From assembly GCA_028826165.1 (NCBI GenBank), contig JAPDFW010000125.1, forward strand, positions 372,001 through 436,000: a stretch of DNA of 64,000 nucleotides. Direction: 5' to 3'. Each line of letters starts with the position of its first letter. Positions within the stretch are counted from its first letter, which is position 1. A model generated the notes under the pieces. That model made no database searches and was not told the origin of the DNA. It saw only the letters and a list, made by a program, of their open reading frames with translations. This DNA is from Anaeramoeba ignava BMAN. Lineage: Eukaryota > Protista > Anaeramoebae. A program made the position numbers and the translations under genes. Positions 1 to 12,070 of the stretch are shown one piece after another.

Positions 1-1305
1 TTGATTTAAATATTAATTTAAATATTAATTTAAAAATTGATTTAGATTTAAAAATTGATTTAAAAATTGATTTAAAAATTGATTTAAATATTAATTTAAA
101 TATTAATTTAAATATTAATTTAAATATTAATTTAAAAATTGATTTAGATTTAGATATTAATTTAAAAAATTAATTTAAATATTGATTTAAATATTAATTT
201 AAATATTAATTTAAATATTGATTTAAAAATTGATTTAGATTTAAATATTGATTTTAAATATTAATTTAAAAATTGATTTAGATTTAAAAATTGATTTAAA
301 TATTAATTTAAATATTAATTTAAAAATTGATTTAAATATTAATTTAAATATTAATTTAAATATTAATTTAAAAATTGATTTAGATTTAAAAATTGATTTA
401 GATTTAAAAATTGATTTAGATATTAATTTAAATATTAATTTAAATATTGATTTAAATATTAATTTAAATATTGATTTAAATATTGATTTAAAAATTGATT
501 TAAATATTAATTTAAATATTAATTTAAATATTAATTTAAAAATTGATTTAGATTTAAAAATTGATTTAAAAATTGATTTAAAAATTGATTTTAAATATTA
601 ATTTAAATATTAATTTAAATATTAATTTAAATATTAATTTAAAAATTGATTTAGATTTAGATATTAATTTAAAAATTAATTTAAATATTGATTTTAAATA
701 TTAATTTAAATATTAATTTAAATATTGATTTAAAAATTGATTTAGATTTAAATATTGATTTAAAATATTAATTTAAAAATTGATTTAGATTTAAAAATTG
801 ATTTAAATATTAATTTAAATATTAATTTAAATATTAATTTAAAAATTGATTTAGATTTAAAAATTGATTTAGATTTAAATATTAATTTAAATATTAATTT
901 AAATATTAATTTAAATATTAATTTAAATATTAATTTAAAAATTGATTTAGATTTAAAAATTGATTTAGATTTAAATATTAATTTAAATATTGATTTAAAA
1001 ATTGATTTTAAATATTAATTTAAATATTAATTTGAATATTAATTTAAAAATTGATTTAGATTTAAAAATTGATTTAGATTTAAAAATTGATTTAAAAATT
1101 GATTTAAAAATTGATTTAAAAATTGATTTAAATATTAATTCAAATATTAATTTAAATATTAATTTAAATATTAATTTAAATATTAATTTAAATATTAATT
1201 CAAATATTAATTTAAATATTAATTTAAATATTAATTTAAATATTAATTTAAATATTAATTTAAATATTAATTTAAATATTAATTTAGATTTAAAAATTGA
1301 TTTAG
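1..1305. repeat. AT-rich tandem repeat (TTAAATATTAAT / TTAAAAATTGAT / TTAGAT units), probably intronic
   Basis: 12- and 6-bp units are visible directly. It lies downstream of a minus-strand GT donor at 1356. Confidence 0.9.
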
Positions 1306-1356
1306 AAAATTGGGGAAAAATTCGAAAAAAATAATAATAAAATTATTTTCTTTTAC

Positions 1357-1633
1357 CAAGAAGAAGACGAAGTGTTTTTTCTTGACTATTATTAGATTCT
1401 AAATAAACTCGATAAACTAAATCAATTGGATGTTTTGAACCTAATGATTTATAAATTTCATAAATGATTTTAAAATCTATGAGAGGAAGAGATTCCTGAA
1501 TTTTTTGAATAGCTTTCTTTTCTTTTGGTGAACAGCTCTCTAAAATTATTAAATTAAAAAATTATTAAATTAAATTAAAAAATTATAATTAATATATCTT
1601 ACCAAAAATATCAGGATCTAAAACATCTTGCAT
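1357..1633 (-). CDS. 5' exons of an unknown protein that continues off the window (possible CUE-like helical segment)
   Basis: ATG at 1633; exon 1603-1633; GTAAGA..TTAG intron 1540-1602; exon 1357-1539. The splice gives MQDVLDPDIFESCSPKEKKAIQKIQESLPLIDFKIIYEIYKSLG...VYLESNNSQEKTLRLLL, followed by a GTAAAA donor. Confidence 0.6.
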
Positions 1634-2030
1634 TAGAAATTTTTAAAAGAAAAGTAAAAAAAAGTAAAAAAGAAAAAGAAAAAAAAGAAGAAAAAAAGTA
1701 AAAGTAAAAGCAAAAAAGGAAATTTTTTTTTTAATTTAGAAGAATAAAGAAAAGAAAAAAAAAATGAAAAAATTAAAATAAAAAATAAATTAAAAGAAAA
1801 AAAAAAAAATTTTTCTCTTTTTCTTTTTCTTTTTTTATTTAAATTAAAAAATTAAAAAAATTTTTTTTTTTTTTTCATTTTTTTCATTTTTTTTTTATTT
1901 GTAAGAGAAAAATAAAATAAAATAAAATAAAATAAAATAAAATAATAAAAATAAAAATAATTTTATAATAAATTTATAATAAAAAATAAAAGAAAAAAAA
2001 TAATAAAAAAGCATTTAGAGGAAGACAAAA

Positions 2031-2444
2031 ATGTCAGATAATGCTGAAAAAACTGAAGTTGTTGAAACAGAAGATGAACAAACACAAATAATTGAAGATT
2101 TAAAAGAAGTATTAAAACATGCGCAAATCAACGACATAATTCTTCGAGGATTAAACCAAAGCGTAAAAACAATTTTTGCAGGCCAAGCAGCACTTTGCGT
2201 ACTTGCTAATGATTGTGATGATAAGAAGTATGTTCAAGTTGTTCAAAACTTGTGCAAGGAAGCAAAAGTTCCTCTCTTTAGAGCACCTACTAGATCTGAC
2301 TTGGGTCAATGGGTCGGTTTGTGCAAGTTTGATGATGAAGATACTCCTGTTAAGATTATTAAGACTTCTTGTGTGGTTGTCAAGAAATCTCATTCTCCTT
2401 CAGAAAAGTTAAATTCCGTTTTATCTCATTTTAAAACAGATTAA
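2031..2444 (+). CDS. RPS12: 40S ribosomal protein S12 (eS12, L7Ae fold)
   Basis: Motifs LKEVLK, RGL..., ALCVLANDCD...Y...V..LC, LGQWVGLCK.D and SCVVVK; 137 aa. Confidence 0.95.
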   Translation: MSDNAEKTEVVETEDEQTQIIEDLKEVLKHAQINDIILRGLNQSVKTIFAGQAALCVLANDCDDKKYVQVVQNLCKEAKVPLFRAPTRSDLGQWVGLCKFDDEDTPVKIIKTSCVVVKKSHSPSEKLNSVLSHFKTD

Positions 2445-2686
2445 AAAAACCAAACAGAATAATTTTCTCTTTCTCATTTCATTTCCGTTTTTTTTTTTTT
2501 AAATTTCCAAAAAATTTTTTCACCTTTTTTTCTTTAAAAAAAAATTTCTTTGGTTTCTTTTAATAATTCTTCAGTTTCTGTTGACAACCAAATCAAAACA
2601 AATTTGATTTAATGATTTTTTTTTTCATTAAATCATTTGGAAATAAAAGCAATAGAAACATCAAAAAAAAAATAATCATAAAAATT

Positions 2687-5600
2687 TTATTTTAAAAAAA
2701 ATTCAGAACAAGAAATATAAATCAATAAATTAACTCGAGTTGAAATTACTTCATTGCAAACAAATTCAAATCTTGTTTCTTCAATTTGATCATCTTGGAA
2801 TTTAATCCAAATTTTCTTTCTCCAATCTCGATAATATCCACACCATCCACTTGTTCTTAAATCCTTTCTATATTGACAAATAACACAATGAAGCAAATAG
2901 GGATCATCCATGTTTTGATTTGTTGATTTAATCTTCATTTTAGTTCACTTCTTGAATTTTCCAATTCATTAATCTTTTTTGATCGTAAATTGTTCTCATT
3001 TTGGATAATTTTAAATATTTGTTCAACATTTTGTGTTTTTGAAGTTTTGGATTCCTCTTGCAAATATTTTTGGTTTAAATAGGAAAGTGTCAAATCAAAC
3101 GAAGAATCCAATGGAATATCCGAAGAACAGATTTTTTCAAAGTGCAAAATCTCGTCTTCAATCTTTTTGAGTTGCTCTTTGTAATTTGATTCAAGATCTA
3201 ACGATTCCTGAATCTCATCTTTATTTTTGGGTAAATATCTCCCAAGATAGATCGTTTCATCAAGCATAAATTGTGGAATTGGTTTTTTTGAATAAATAGT
3301 CAAAATTTGTGGTATTTTAATAATTTGTTTTTCTATTCTTTGTTTTGTTTTCGAAACTAAAAAATTTTCCAAAATTTCGTAAATATTCTTCTTTTCTTCA
3401 GAAGAAATAGAAAATACACTTTGGATTAAATTGAAATCCTCTTCCTTTTCAATATAATCTTGATCATTGAGGAATTTTTTGTGAATAAGTTTTCCTTCAA
3501 AAAAAGAAGAAATGGAATGAAATTGCTCGCATTCGGAAGTGTATTTAAGAAGTTTTTTAAGAAATAAATTGTTGAATAAATATATTCCAATATTTTTTCC
3601 AATGAATTTATCATATATCATTGGATTTAATTGATTTACAAGCTTTGAGTCAAAGTTTCCAAGAGAAAATTGTTGAAAATTTTGTTTGAGTTTATCTGTC
3701 AAAATGAGAATATTTCAAATATTATTTCAAATATTATTTCAAATATTATTTCAAATATTATTTCAAATATTATTTCAAATATTATTTCAAATATTATTTC
3801 AAATATTATTTCAAATATTATTTCAAATATTCTTTCAAATATTATTTCAAATATTATTTCAAATATTCTTTCAAATATTCTTTTAAATATTATTTCAAAT
3901 ATTCTTTCAAATATTATTTCAAATATTATTTCAAATATTATTTCAAATATTCTTTCAAATATTATTTCAAATATTCTTTCAAATATTCTTTCAAATATTA
4001 TTTCAAATATTATTTCAAATATTATTTCAAATATTATTTCAAATATTCTTTCAAATATTATTTCAAATATTATTTCAAATATTATTTCAAATATTCTTTT
4101 AAATATTCTTTTCAAATATTATTTCAAATATTCTTTTAAAAATTCTTTCAAATATTATTTCAAAAATTATTTCAAATATTATTTCAAATATTATTTCAAA
4201 TATTATTTCAAATATTATTTCAAATATTATTTCAAATATTATTTCAAATATTATTTCAAATATTATTTCAAAATATTATTTCAAATATTATTTTCAAATA
4301 TTGTTTCAAAAATATTATTTTCAAATATTATTTCCAAATATTATTTCAAATATTCTTTTCAAATATTATTTTCAAATATTATTTCAAATATTATTCTTTT
4401 CAAATATTATTTTCAAATATTCTTTTCAAATATTATTTCAAATATTATTTCAAATATTATTTCAAATATTCTTTTTAAATATTATTTTCAAATATTCTTT
4501 TTAAATATTCTTTTAAATATTATTTCAAATATTCTTTTAAATATTATTTTAAATATTATTTTAAATATTATTTCAAATATTATTTCAAATATTATTTCAA
4601 ATATTATTTCAAATATTATTTCAAATATTCTTTCAAATATTATTTCAAATATTCTTTCAAATATTATTTCAAATATTATTTCAAATATTCTTTTTCAAAT
4701 ATTATTTCAAATATTCTTTTAAATATTATTTCAAATATTCTTTTAAATATTATTTCAAATATTATTTCAAATATTCTTTCAAATATTATTTCAAATATTA
4801 TTTCAAATATTATTTCAAATATTCTTTCAAATATTATTTCAAATATTATTTCAAATATTCTTTTAAATATTATTTCAAATATTCTTTTTAAATATTATTT
4901 CAAATATTCTTTTAAATATTATTTCAAATATTATTTCAAATATTCTTTCAAATATTATTTCGAATATTATTTCAAATATTATTTCAAATATTAAGATCTA
5001 CAAAAGAAAAAGAAAAATCTTGATTTTGTTTTGATTTTTACAAATGAATGGATTTCCTGAACTATTACTATCCATTACAAAATTATAAATTTCAGGAATA
5101 TAAAAATAACTAAGAAGCAAACAAACTATATTTGATAAACTTTCTTTTTTCTGTGAAAGATGTGATGAAATTGTATTTTTAATAGCATTTACAGATGTTT
5201 CCAAAACCTAAATTTTTTTGATGAAAATGAAAAAATTTCTTTCTTTCTTTCTTTTGATTATTTTAATTACATTTGATGTATTTGGGATTGGATCTTGAAT
5301 TTGTTGAGTTTTTGAAATTAAAACATCTATTTATTATTGAAAAATTATTATCAAAATTTAAGAGGCTATTTTATTATTAAATTTTATTATTGAATTGAAT
5401 TAAATTAACTTGAAAATCTTTTCTTATTTCTACTTCTTGCATTCGTTTTTGGTTTTTTAACATTATATTGTGTTTTATCTTAAAAAAAATTTTATTAATT
5501 TTTAATTTTAATTTTGATTTTAATTTTGATTTTGATTTACTTTGATGAGAAAATTGTAAATTTTCATTTACAGGATCTTAACAAAGAATAAATAATAAAA

Positions 5601-5790
5601 ATTGAATTAATTAAGAAAATTAGAAACTTTTAATTTGGGAAATGAATAAATTTTTTCTTCATTTCACTTTACTTGTGAGATAATTTATTACTAAATTTGG
5701 ATCTCTGAAATGTTTAAGTGCATTTTTGGCTCTTTCTGGATCAAATCCCATTGAAATTAGGTTATCAAGTGTTGCAAATTGATTAGCCAT
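2687..5790 (-). CDS. UBA + USP-fold protein (USP25/28-like architecture), probably catalytically inactive; multi-exon, with one frameshift at ~2937
   Basis: ATG at 5790 with UBA (LISMGFDPERAKNALK...NLVINYL). GT-AG exons ~5673-5790, 5541-5576, 5434-5478, 5271-5326, 5042-5207, then 2687-3695. USP-like segments IPQILTI, FMLDETIYLGRY, a coiled-coil insert, and PYLLHCVI...WIKFQDDQI...LLIY. Confidence 0.65.
3710..4992. repeat. 12-bp tandem repeat (TCAAATATTATT) filling intron 3696-5041
   Basis: Repeat seen directly. Minus-strand GT at 5041 and CAG at 3696 join NPFI-Y-KLKQNF in frame. Confidence 0.9.
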
Positions 5791-5894
5791 AAAAGTATTT
5801 CCTTTTCTTTTTTTTTTTAGAATTGAGGAAGGAAAAAAATGATTTATTGAATTTGAAAAAAATTTTTTAATTTTTGAAACGAAAAAGAAAAGAA

Positions 5895-7654
5895 TTAAAA
5901 AATCAAACACTTTTCATTTTGATTATTAAATTTCCTAATTAATAAATGAAATAAATTTGGATTTGTTTGATTTAATTGAAAATAATCAATTCCAATTTTA
6001 ATTTCATTAATTATTTCTGTGTAATTTTAATTCCTTCTTTAATTTGATTTGAATAAATCCAATATTCAAATATTTGAAATGATTTATTACTTAATTCACT
6101 ATAATCTGTAACTTTATTAGAAGTATCTTCAGTTACAGATAAAAACATTCCTCGATATAATTCACTTCTCATTATTAATATTAATTTAGGAAATTTATAT
6201 TTCTTTTCTTTTCTTTCAATTATAAAATCTTTTTCATTTTCAATTAAATAAATTCTTTTCATTGTTTCTTCAATTTTTTCATTGGAATTTATAATTTCTT
6301 TAATTTCAGAATATAATTTTTGGCTTGTTTTTTTATTTGAATAAATCATTTTAAATATTTGATTTGATTCTTTAATTGATTTTTTTGAAATAATTTCTTC
6401 AAGTTTTCCAATTTGATTTTCATTTTTTAATCTATATCTCAATATTAATTTATGAGCTTCAATTATTTCTCCATTTTTGGTTTTAAATGAAATATCACAA
6501 AATTCTTTTCTTTCAAATAATTTTATCAAATCTTCTTCAAGATTAGATAAAGGATAAGAACAAAGAAATGATTTATCAAATCCACAAAAAATATGATAAT
6601 TAGAAATATCAAAAATTAATTTAGGAAGTTCAATTTGAATTGGAATTCGTTGATATTCTATATCTCCATTTCCTAATTGACCAGAATCATTATTTCCAAA
6701 TCCTATCATTTTCCCATTTGATGTTAAAATCAAAGTATGTTCATTTCCAACAGAAAAATCAAGAATATTATCATTTCCATTTTCAAATAAAGATGGGAAG
6801 ATTTCAGTAAATTCATAAGTAATTTCCTCTTCATCTACTTTGCCAAGTCCATTATATCCATCTTCTCCACATGAATAAAGTCTTCTTTTTCGATTTTCAT
6901 CTTCAATCAACATTACTGAATGTAATGATCCACATTGAATATCAATTATTTTGCCTTTTGGAATATTTTGGATTTTGGTTAATTTAAATATAGATAAATC
7001 TCCATTTGTTGTTCCTAATCCAAGTTGACCCCAAAAATTATATCCACAACAAAATAATTGCTGATTTGAATTTAAAAGAAAAACAACATCAGCATTATTT
7101 CCTGAAAATATTTTAGAAACATTTTTCATCATTAAAATTGGTTTTTGTGTTTTTTTAAGTGTTTCAGATTCTAAACCAAGTTGACCAAATTTATTTGAGC
7201 CAATTCCATAAGCATTTTGATTTGAAGTTAATAAATAAATTGAACGAGCAGAGCAAATAACATATTTAACGATTCTATCTTTTCTATCTTCAATTAATGA
7301 TGAAATATTGATAAATTCATTTGGATTTTTTGGATTGATATTTTTTCCTTTGGCAAATACATTTCCTTCTTTTGTTAAAATAGCTTCATTTTGACGACCA
7401 ACAGTTACTTTTTGAATATTTTCAATTTGGATTTTTTCAGGATTTTGTTTTGAATATTCTATTGCTTTTCCATTTTTAAAAAGGAAAATTGTTGCAAAAG
7501 AATTTGATGAAATTTGTTTAATTTGTTTTTCATTTTCATTTTCATTTTCATTTTCAAATTCAAATTTAAATTGAATTGGTTTTGTTATTTTATCTTGTTC
7601 GTTTTTGATAAATTTTGGATTTTGATTTGAACCAAAAAATAAAATTTCATTCAT
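5895..7654 (-). CDS. RCC1-repeat + tandem BTB protein (paralogue 0), 1-bp frameshift at ~6018
   Basis: RCC1 repeats (G.N..GQLG, VG..HTLILT) and BTB motifs (FCDISF...AHKLIL, LIMRSELYRGMF). Homology to the paralogues continues past the stop at 6011 to TAA at 5895. Confidence 0.85.
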
Positions 7655-7758
7655 TTATAAAAAGAAAAAAAATGATTTTTGATTTTTCATTTTTTTCAAT
7701 AAAAATTTTTATTGAAATTAAAATCAAAATTAAAATTAAAATCAAAATCGAAAACTGT

Positions 7759-8097
7759 TTAAAATTGTTTTGAAAAAGATTTGGGATAAAAATCAAGTAA
7801 ATATGATCCTAAAATTGAATTTGAATTTAATTGATAAAAATCTTTTAAACCAATATATTCTTCAATATTTTCTTTTGTTAATTTTGTTTCATCAATTTTA
7901 TCATTATAAAGAAAATAAATTAATTGATTTATTGTTTCAAATGATTTTTCTGAATAAACATGAACTTGGTTTGATGAATCATTAACACTTAAAAACATTC
8001 CTTTAAATAATTCACTTCTTATTTGTAATATTAATTTATGAACTTTAATTTCTTTTTCTTCAACAATTATTGTAAAATCTTTAGTTTCATTTTTCAT
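7759..8097 (-). CDS. Duplicated BTB module (third BTB copy or remnant) after the ANK-BTB gene
   Basis: About 7770-8092 is a near-identical direct copy of ~8222-8543. It is one base out of frame with ORF 8087-10318. Confidence 0.6.
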   Translation of the reverse strand: MKNETKDFTIIVEEKEIKVHKLILQIRSELFKGMFLSVNDSSNQVHVYSEKSFETINQLIYFLYNDKIDETKLTKENIEEYIGLKDFYQLNSNSILGSYLLDFYPKSFSKQF

Positions 8098-10318
8098 GTG
8101 ATTTGAGTTTGTGGGAATGAGAACGATCAGAGGATTTCTGTTTGGGTTTGGATTTGGGTTTGGATTTTGCTTTTCCTTTTTTTGGGTTATCTTGATTCAA
8201 TTCAGTTTTTTTTAAATTTTTTGAAAAAGATTTGGAATAAAAATCAAGTAAATATGATCCTAAAATTGAATTTGAATTTAATTGATAAAAATCTTTTAAA
8301 TCAATATATTCTTTAATATTTTCTTTTGTTAATTTTGTTTCATCAATTTTATCATTATAAAGAAAATAAATTAATTGATTTATTGTTTCAAATGATTTTT
8401 TTGAATAATCATGAACTTGATTTGATGGATCATTAACACTTAAAAACATTCCTTTAAATAATTCACTTCTTATTTGTAATATTAATTTATGAACTTTAAT
8501 TTCTTTTTCTTCAACAATTATTGTAAAATCTTTAGTTTCATTTTGTTGATAAAATTGTTCAAAATCTTTTAATATTCCTTTTATTCCTTCTTTTTCTTTA
8601 ATCCAATTTATATCAAATCCTGTTTGTTTAAATAAATCATAAATTAATCCTTTTTTAAATTCTTCATTTTTATTTTTAATTTGATTTAAAATTAATTCTT
8701 GTTCTTTTTTTTTATTTTCAATTTCAATTTTATTTGAAAATAAAAATTGAGAATTTGGATCAATTTCTGTTTTGTTTTGAATAAATTTGTGATTAAATTT
8801 TTCAATAAATTTATCAAAATCAATAAATCCTGTATAAAGAAAATTTAATGCAAATTGAATAATTTCTTTTGGTTTTCTTCTGCAAATATTGATAAATCTT
8901 GTTAAAATTTTTTGATTATTATTAAATCTTATTAATAAAATTTGTTTATGAGCTTTGATTATTTTACTTTCACTACTTTTAATTTCAATATCTTTAAATT
9001 CATTTGATTTCAAAAAATTGTTTAAATCATCATTAAATGAATAAATTTTTGGAAATAAATCAATTATTTCTTGATTAATTCTTTTTCTTTTTAATTGAAA
9101 GATATTCAAATCTCTCATTAATAAAATTTTAATTTCATTTGGATATTTATTTTTCAAAGCAATATGTAAAGGTATTTCTTTTTCTTTGTTTTTTGAATTA
9201 ATATTAGAACCTTTGGAAATTAATAATTTAATAATTTCATTTGAATATTTTTTTTTCAAAGCAATATGTAAAGGTATTTTATTTTGATTATTTTTTGAAT
9301 TAATATCAGAACCTTTGGAAATTAATAATTCAATAATTTCATTTGGATAATTATTTTTCAAAGCAATATATAAAGGTATTTCATTCCAATAATTTTTTGA
9401 ATTAATATCAGAACCTTTTTCAATTAATAATTCAATAATTTCATTTGGATTTTTATTTTCCAAAGCAATATGTAAAGGTATTTCATTCCATTTATTTTTT
9501 GAATTAATATCAGAATCTTTGGAAATTAATAATTCAATAATTTCATTTGGATAATTATTTTCCAAAGCAATATATAAAGGTGTTTCATTTTGATTATTTT
9601 TTGAATTAATATTAGAACCTTTGGAAATTAATAATTTAATAATTTCATTTGGATATTTATTTTTCAAAGCAATATGTAAAGGTATTTTATTTTGATTATT
9701 TTTTGAATTAATATTAGAACCTTTGGAAATTAATAATTTAATAATTTCATTTGGATATTTATTTTTCAAAGCAATATATAAAGGTATTTTATTTTGATTA
9801 TTTTTTAAATTAATATCAGAACCTTTGGAAATTAATAATTCAATAATTTCATTTGAATATTTATTTTCCAAAGCAATATGTAAAGGTATTTCTTTTTCTT
9901 TGTTTTTTGAATTAATATCAGAATCTTTGGAAATTAATAATTCAATAATTTCATTTGGATATTTATTTTTCCAAGCAATATATAAAGGTGTTTCATTCCA
10001 ATAATTTTTTGAATTAATATCAGAACCTTTGGAAATTAATAATTTAATAATTTCATTTGTATTTTTATTTTTCAAAGCAATATGTAAAGGTATTTCATTC
10101 CATTTGTTTTTTGAATTAATATTAGAACCTTTGGAAATTAATAATTCAATAATTTCTTTTGGATAAAAATTCATAAGAGCTGAATGTAATGAAATGTTCT
10201 TATTTTTATTAGATCCTTTATCAATAAGTTTTTGAATAATTTCGTTTTTTGATTTATTTTCAAAAGCATAATTTAAAAAAGGTTTATTTTGTTTTTCAAA
10301 TTGTTTTGTTGTTTTCAA
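8087..10318 (-). CDS. Ankyrin-repeat + tandem BTB protein (5' end unresolved)
   Basis: About 11 near-identical 33-aa repeats (IPLHIALKNKYPNEIIKLLISKGSNINSKN), then two BTB domains (FKDIEI...AHKQIL; KDFTIIVEEKEIKVHKLILQIRSELFKGMF). There is no ATG at the ORF start. Confidence 0.85.
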   Translation of the reverse strand: MKTTKQFEKQNKPFLNYAFENKSKNEIIQKLIDKGSNKNKNISLHSALMNFYPKEIIELLISKGSNINSKNKWNEIPLHIALKNKNTNEIIKLLISKGSDINSKNYWNETPLYIAWKNKYPNEIIELLISKDSDINSKNKEKEIPLHIALENKYSNEIIELLISKGSDINLKNNQNKIPLYIALKNKYPNEIIKLLISKGSNINSKNNQNKIPLHIALKNKYPNEIIKLLISKGSNINSKNNQNETPLYIALENNYPNEIIELLISKDSDINSKNKWNEIPLHIALENKNPNEIIELLIEKGSDINSKNYWNEIPLYIALKNNYPNEIIELLISKGSDINSKNNQNKIPLHIALKKKYSNEIIKLLISKGSNINSKNKEKEIPLHIALKNKYPNEIKILLMRDLNIFQLKRKRINQEIIDLFPKIYSFNDDLNNFLKSNEFKDIEIKSSESKIIKAHKQILLIRFNNNQKILTRFINICRRKPKEIIQFALNFLYTGFIDFDKFIEKFNHKFIQNKTEIDPNSQFLFSNKIEIENKKKEQELILNQIKNKNEEFKKGLIYDLFKQTGFDINWIKEKEGIKGILKDFEQFYQQNETKDFTIIVEEKEIKVHKLILQIRSELFKGMFLSVNDPSNQVHDYSKKSFETINQLIYFLYNDKIDETKLTKENIKEYIDLKDFYQLNSNSILGSYLLDFYSKSFSKNLKKTELNQDNPKKGKAKSKPKSKPKQKSSDRSHSHKLKSHEK

Positions 10319-10529
10319 AGTTGAAATTGAATTAAAAAATTGGATGATATTTGTTTTAATTGCTTTATAAATTTGTTCTAATTGATTTATGTTTTGAATT
10401 TGAATTTGATTTTGATTTTGATTTTAATCTGATTTTGATTTTGATTTTGATTTTTGATTTTGATTTTCTTTATTTTTGATTTTAATTTTGATTTTGAATT
10501 TGAATTTGAATTTGAATTTGAATTTTGAT

Positions 10530-11900
10530 AATTATTTTTCAAAGCAATATAAAAGGTATTTCATTCATTTGTTTTTTGATTCTGAATCTGAATTTTGATT
10601 TAATAATTCAATTTTGATTTTTGATATTTATTTTTGACAATATGATATTGAATTTGATTTGTTTTTGAATTAATTTTAGAATTTTTGAATTTAAATTTAA
10701 ATTTGGATATTTATTTTTATGTAAAAAATTTCATTTGAATTTAATTTTGATAAAAATTCATAAGAGCTGAATGTAATGAAATCTGATTTTTATCAATTTA
10801 AATTTTTTCTTTTTTAAGTTTTTGAATTTCTTTTTGATTTTTCAAAAAGAATTTAAAATTTTTTATTTTTGTTTTTGATTTTGTTTTTGTTATTTTTAAA
10901 TTTGAAATTGAATCAAAAATTTATCATTTTTTGTTTTAATTGATTTATGTTTTGAATTTGAATTTGTTTGATTTTGATTTTTATTCAAAGAAGATCTGAA
11001 TTTTGATATGGAGTTAAAATTGATTTGCAGATGTAATTTGAAAGGAATTTTGATTCTCCAAAATGAATCAAAGCAAAGGTCTAAGTAATTCAACATCAGG
11101 AACAATATAATATTGATTATCTTTTTGATAAATATATTTTGATAAAACAAACTTGAATGATTCTAATCTGATTTTGACAGAAATATTAGGATTTTTTGTA
11201 AAATAAATTCCTCTTCCAAAAACGTTATGAAATATGAATTTTGCATCAAATTCTGATTTACAATTTTGATCAACTTTTGTTTTGATTCTGTTTTTCATTT
11301 TTGAAGAACATATTTAAATCTTGTTTCCAAAAATGATTTTCAAGAATTTTGATATACTTTTGATTTTTGAGGTTTAGTTTGATTTTTTGAACTTTCCAAA
11401 TATTTTCAATCATAAATTCTTTGAATTTGTTGCATTTTAGTTTATATTTTTGGGAATTTGATTTATAATTATCATATTTTCCTTTATCATCAAAATAAAA
11501 TCTGCTTTTATTTTTGGACCACATTTATGTTGATTTTGCAATTTAAATCTTTACAATTCCATTTTTCAAATTTACAATTTTTCTTTTCGGTTTTTCTTAT
11601 TGGAATTTTAAATCCAAAATTTTGAATTTGATTTTATTTTGATTTTGAATTTGATTTTATGTTTGATTTTTTCTTTTTTGATTTTGATTTTGGTTTTATC
11701 ATAATCATCAACTGAATCAATTGTTTTTAAATTTTCATTTTTCTATCTTTTAAATTTGAATTTGGATTTGATTTTGAATTTGCAATTTGATTTTAATTTT
11801 TTGCAGTATCAAGATATTTGCATCTAAGAAATTGATGAGGATTTTTACAAGTTTTAAAAAATTTTGATTTTAAAAATGCCAACATAATCCATTTTTTTAC
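10530..11900 (-). pseudogene. Degenerate or poorly resolved coding region: decayed ankyrin-gene copy plus PARP/ART-like fragments
   Basis: 10530-10960 contains scrambled matches to 10060-10400 (e.g. AAAAATTCATAAGAGCTGAATGTAATGAAAT). Broken ORFs carry IENIWKVQ, FGRGIYFTKNPNIS and YYIVPDVELLRPL. Confidence 0.4.
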
Positions 11901-12070
11901 AAAATTTTGATTTTTTATTTTGGTGGATAATGAATTTTTTGTTCTTTGATTTTGTTTTTGAATTTTTTTTTGATTTTGATTTTGATCAAAAATTCTTTTT
12001 CAAATTTGCTATTTTGATTTTTTAAAAAGATTTAAATTAGAAAAATATTATTCAAATTATTTTTATTATC

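Noticed and set aside
1-1305. Telomeric or subtelomeric repeat at the window edge (also 63725-64000)
   Set aside because: No G-rich strand; the units resemble the other intronic and intergenic AT arrays.
248-4722. ORFs such as (LNIN)n, (IISN)n, (IFEI)n, and similar (IL)n, (FN)n, (YIF)n ORFs elsewhere
   Set aside because: Stop-free frames of simple tandem repeats in introns and spacers; not credible proteins.
4998-5041. Alternative 44-nt intron ending at the minus-strand TAG at 4998
   Set aside because: It would place the repeat array in the mRNA with stops and frameshifts; the acceptor at 3696 restores the USP frame.
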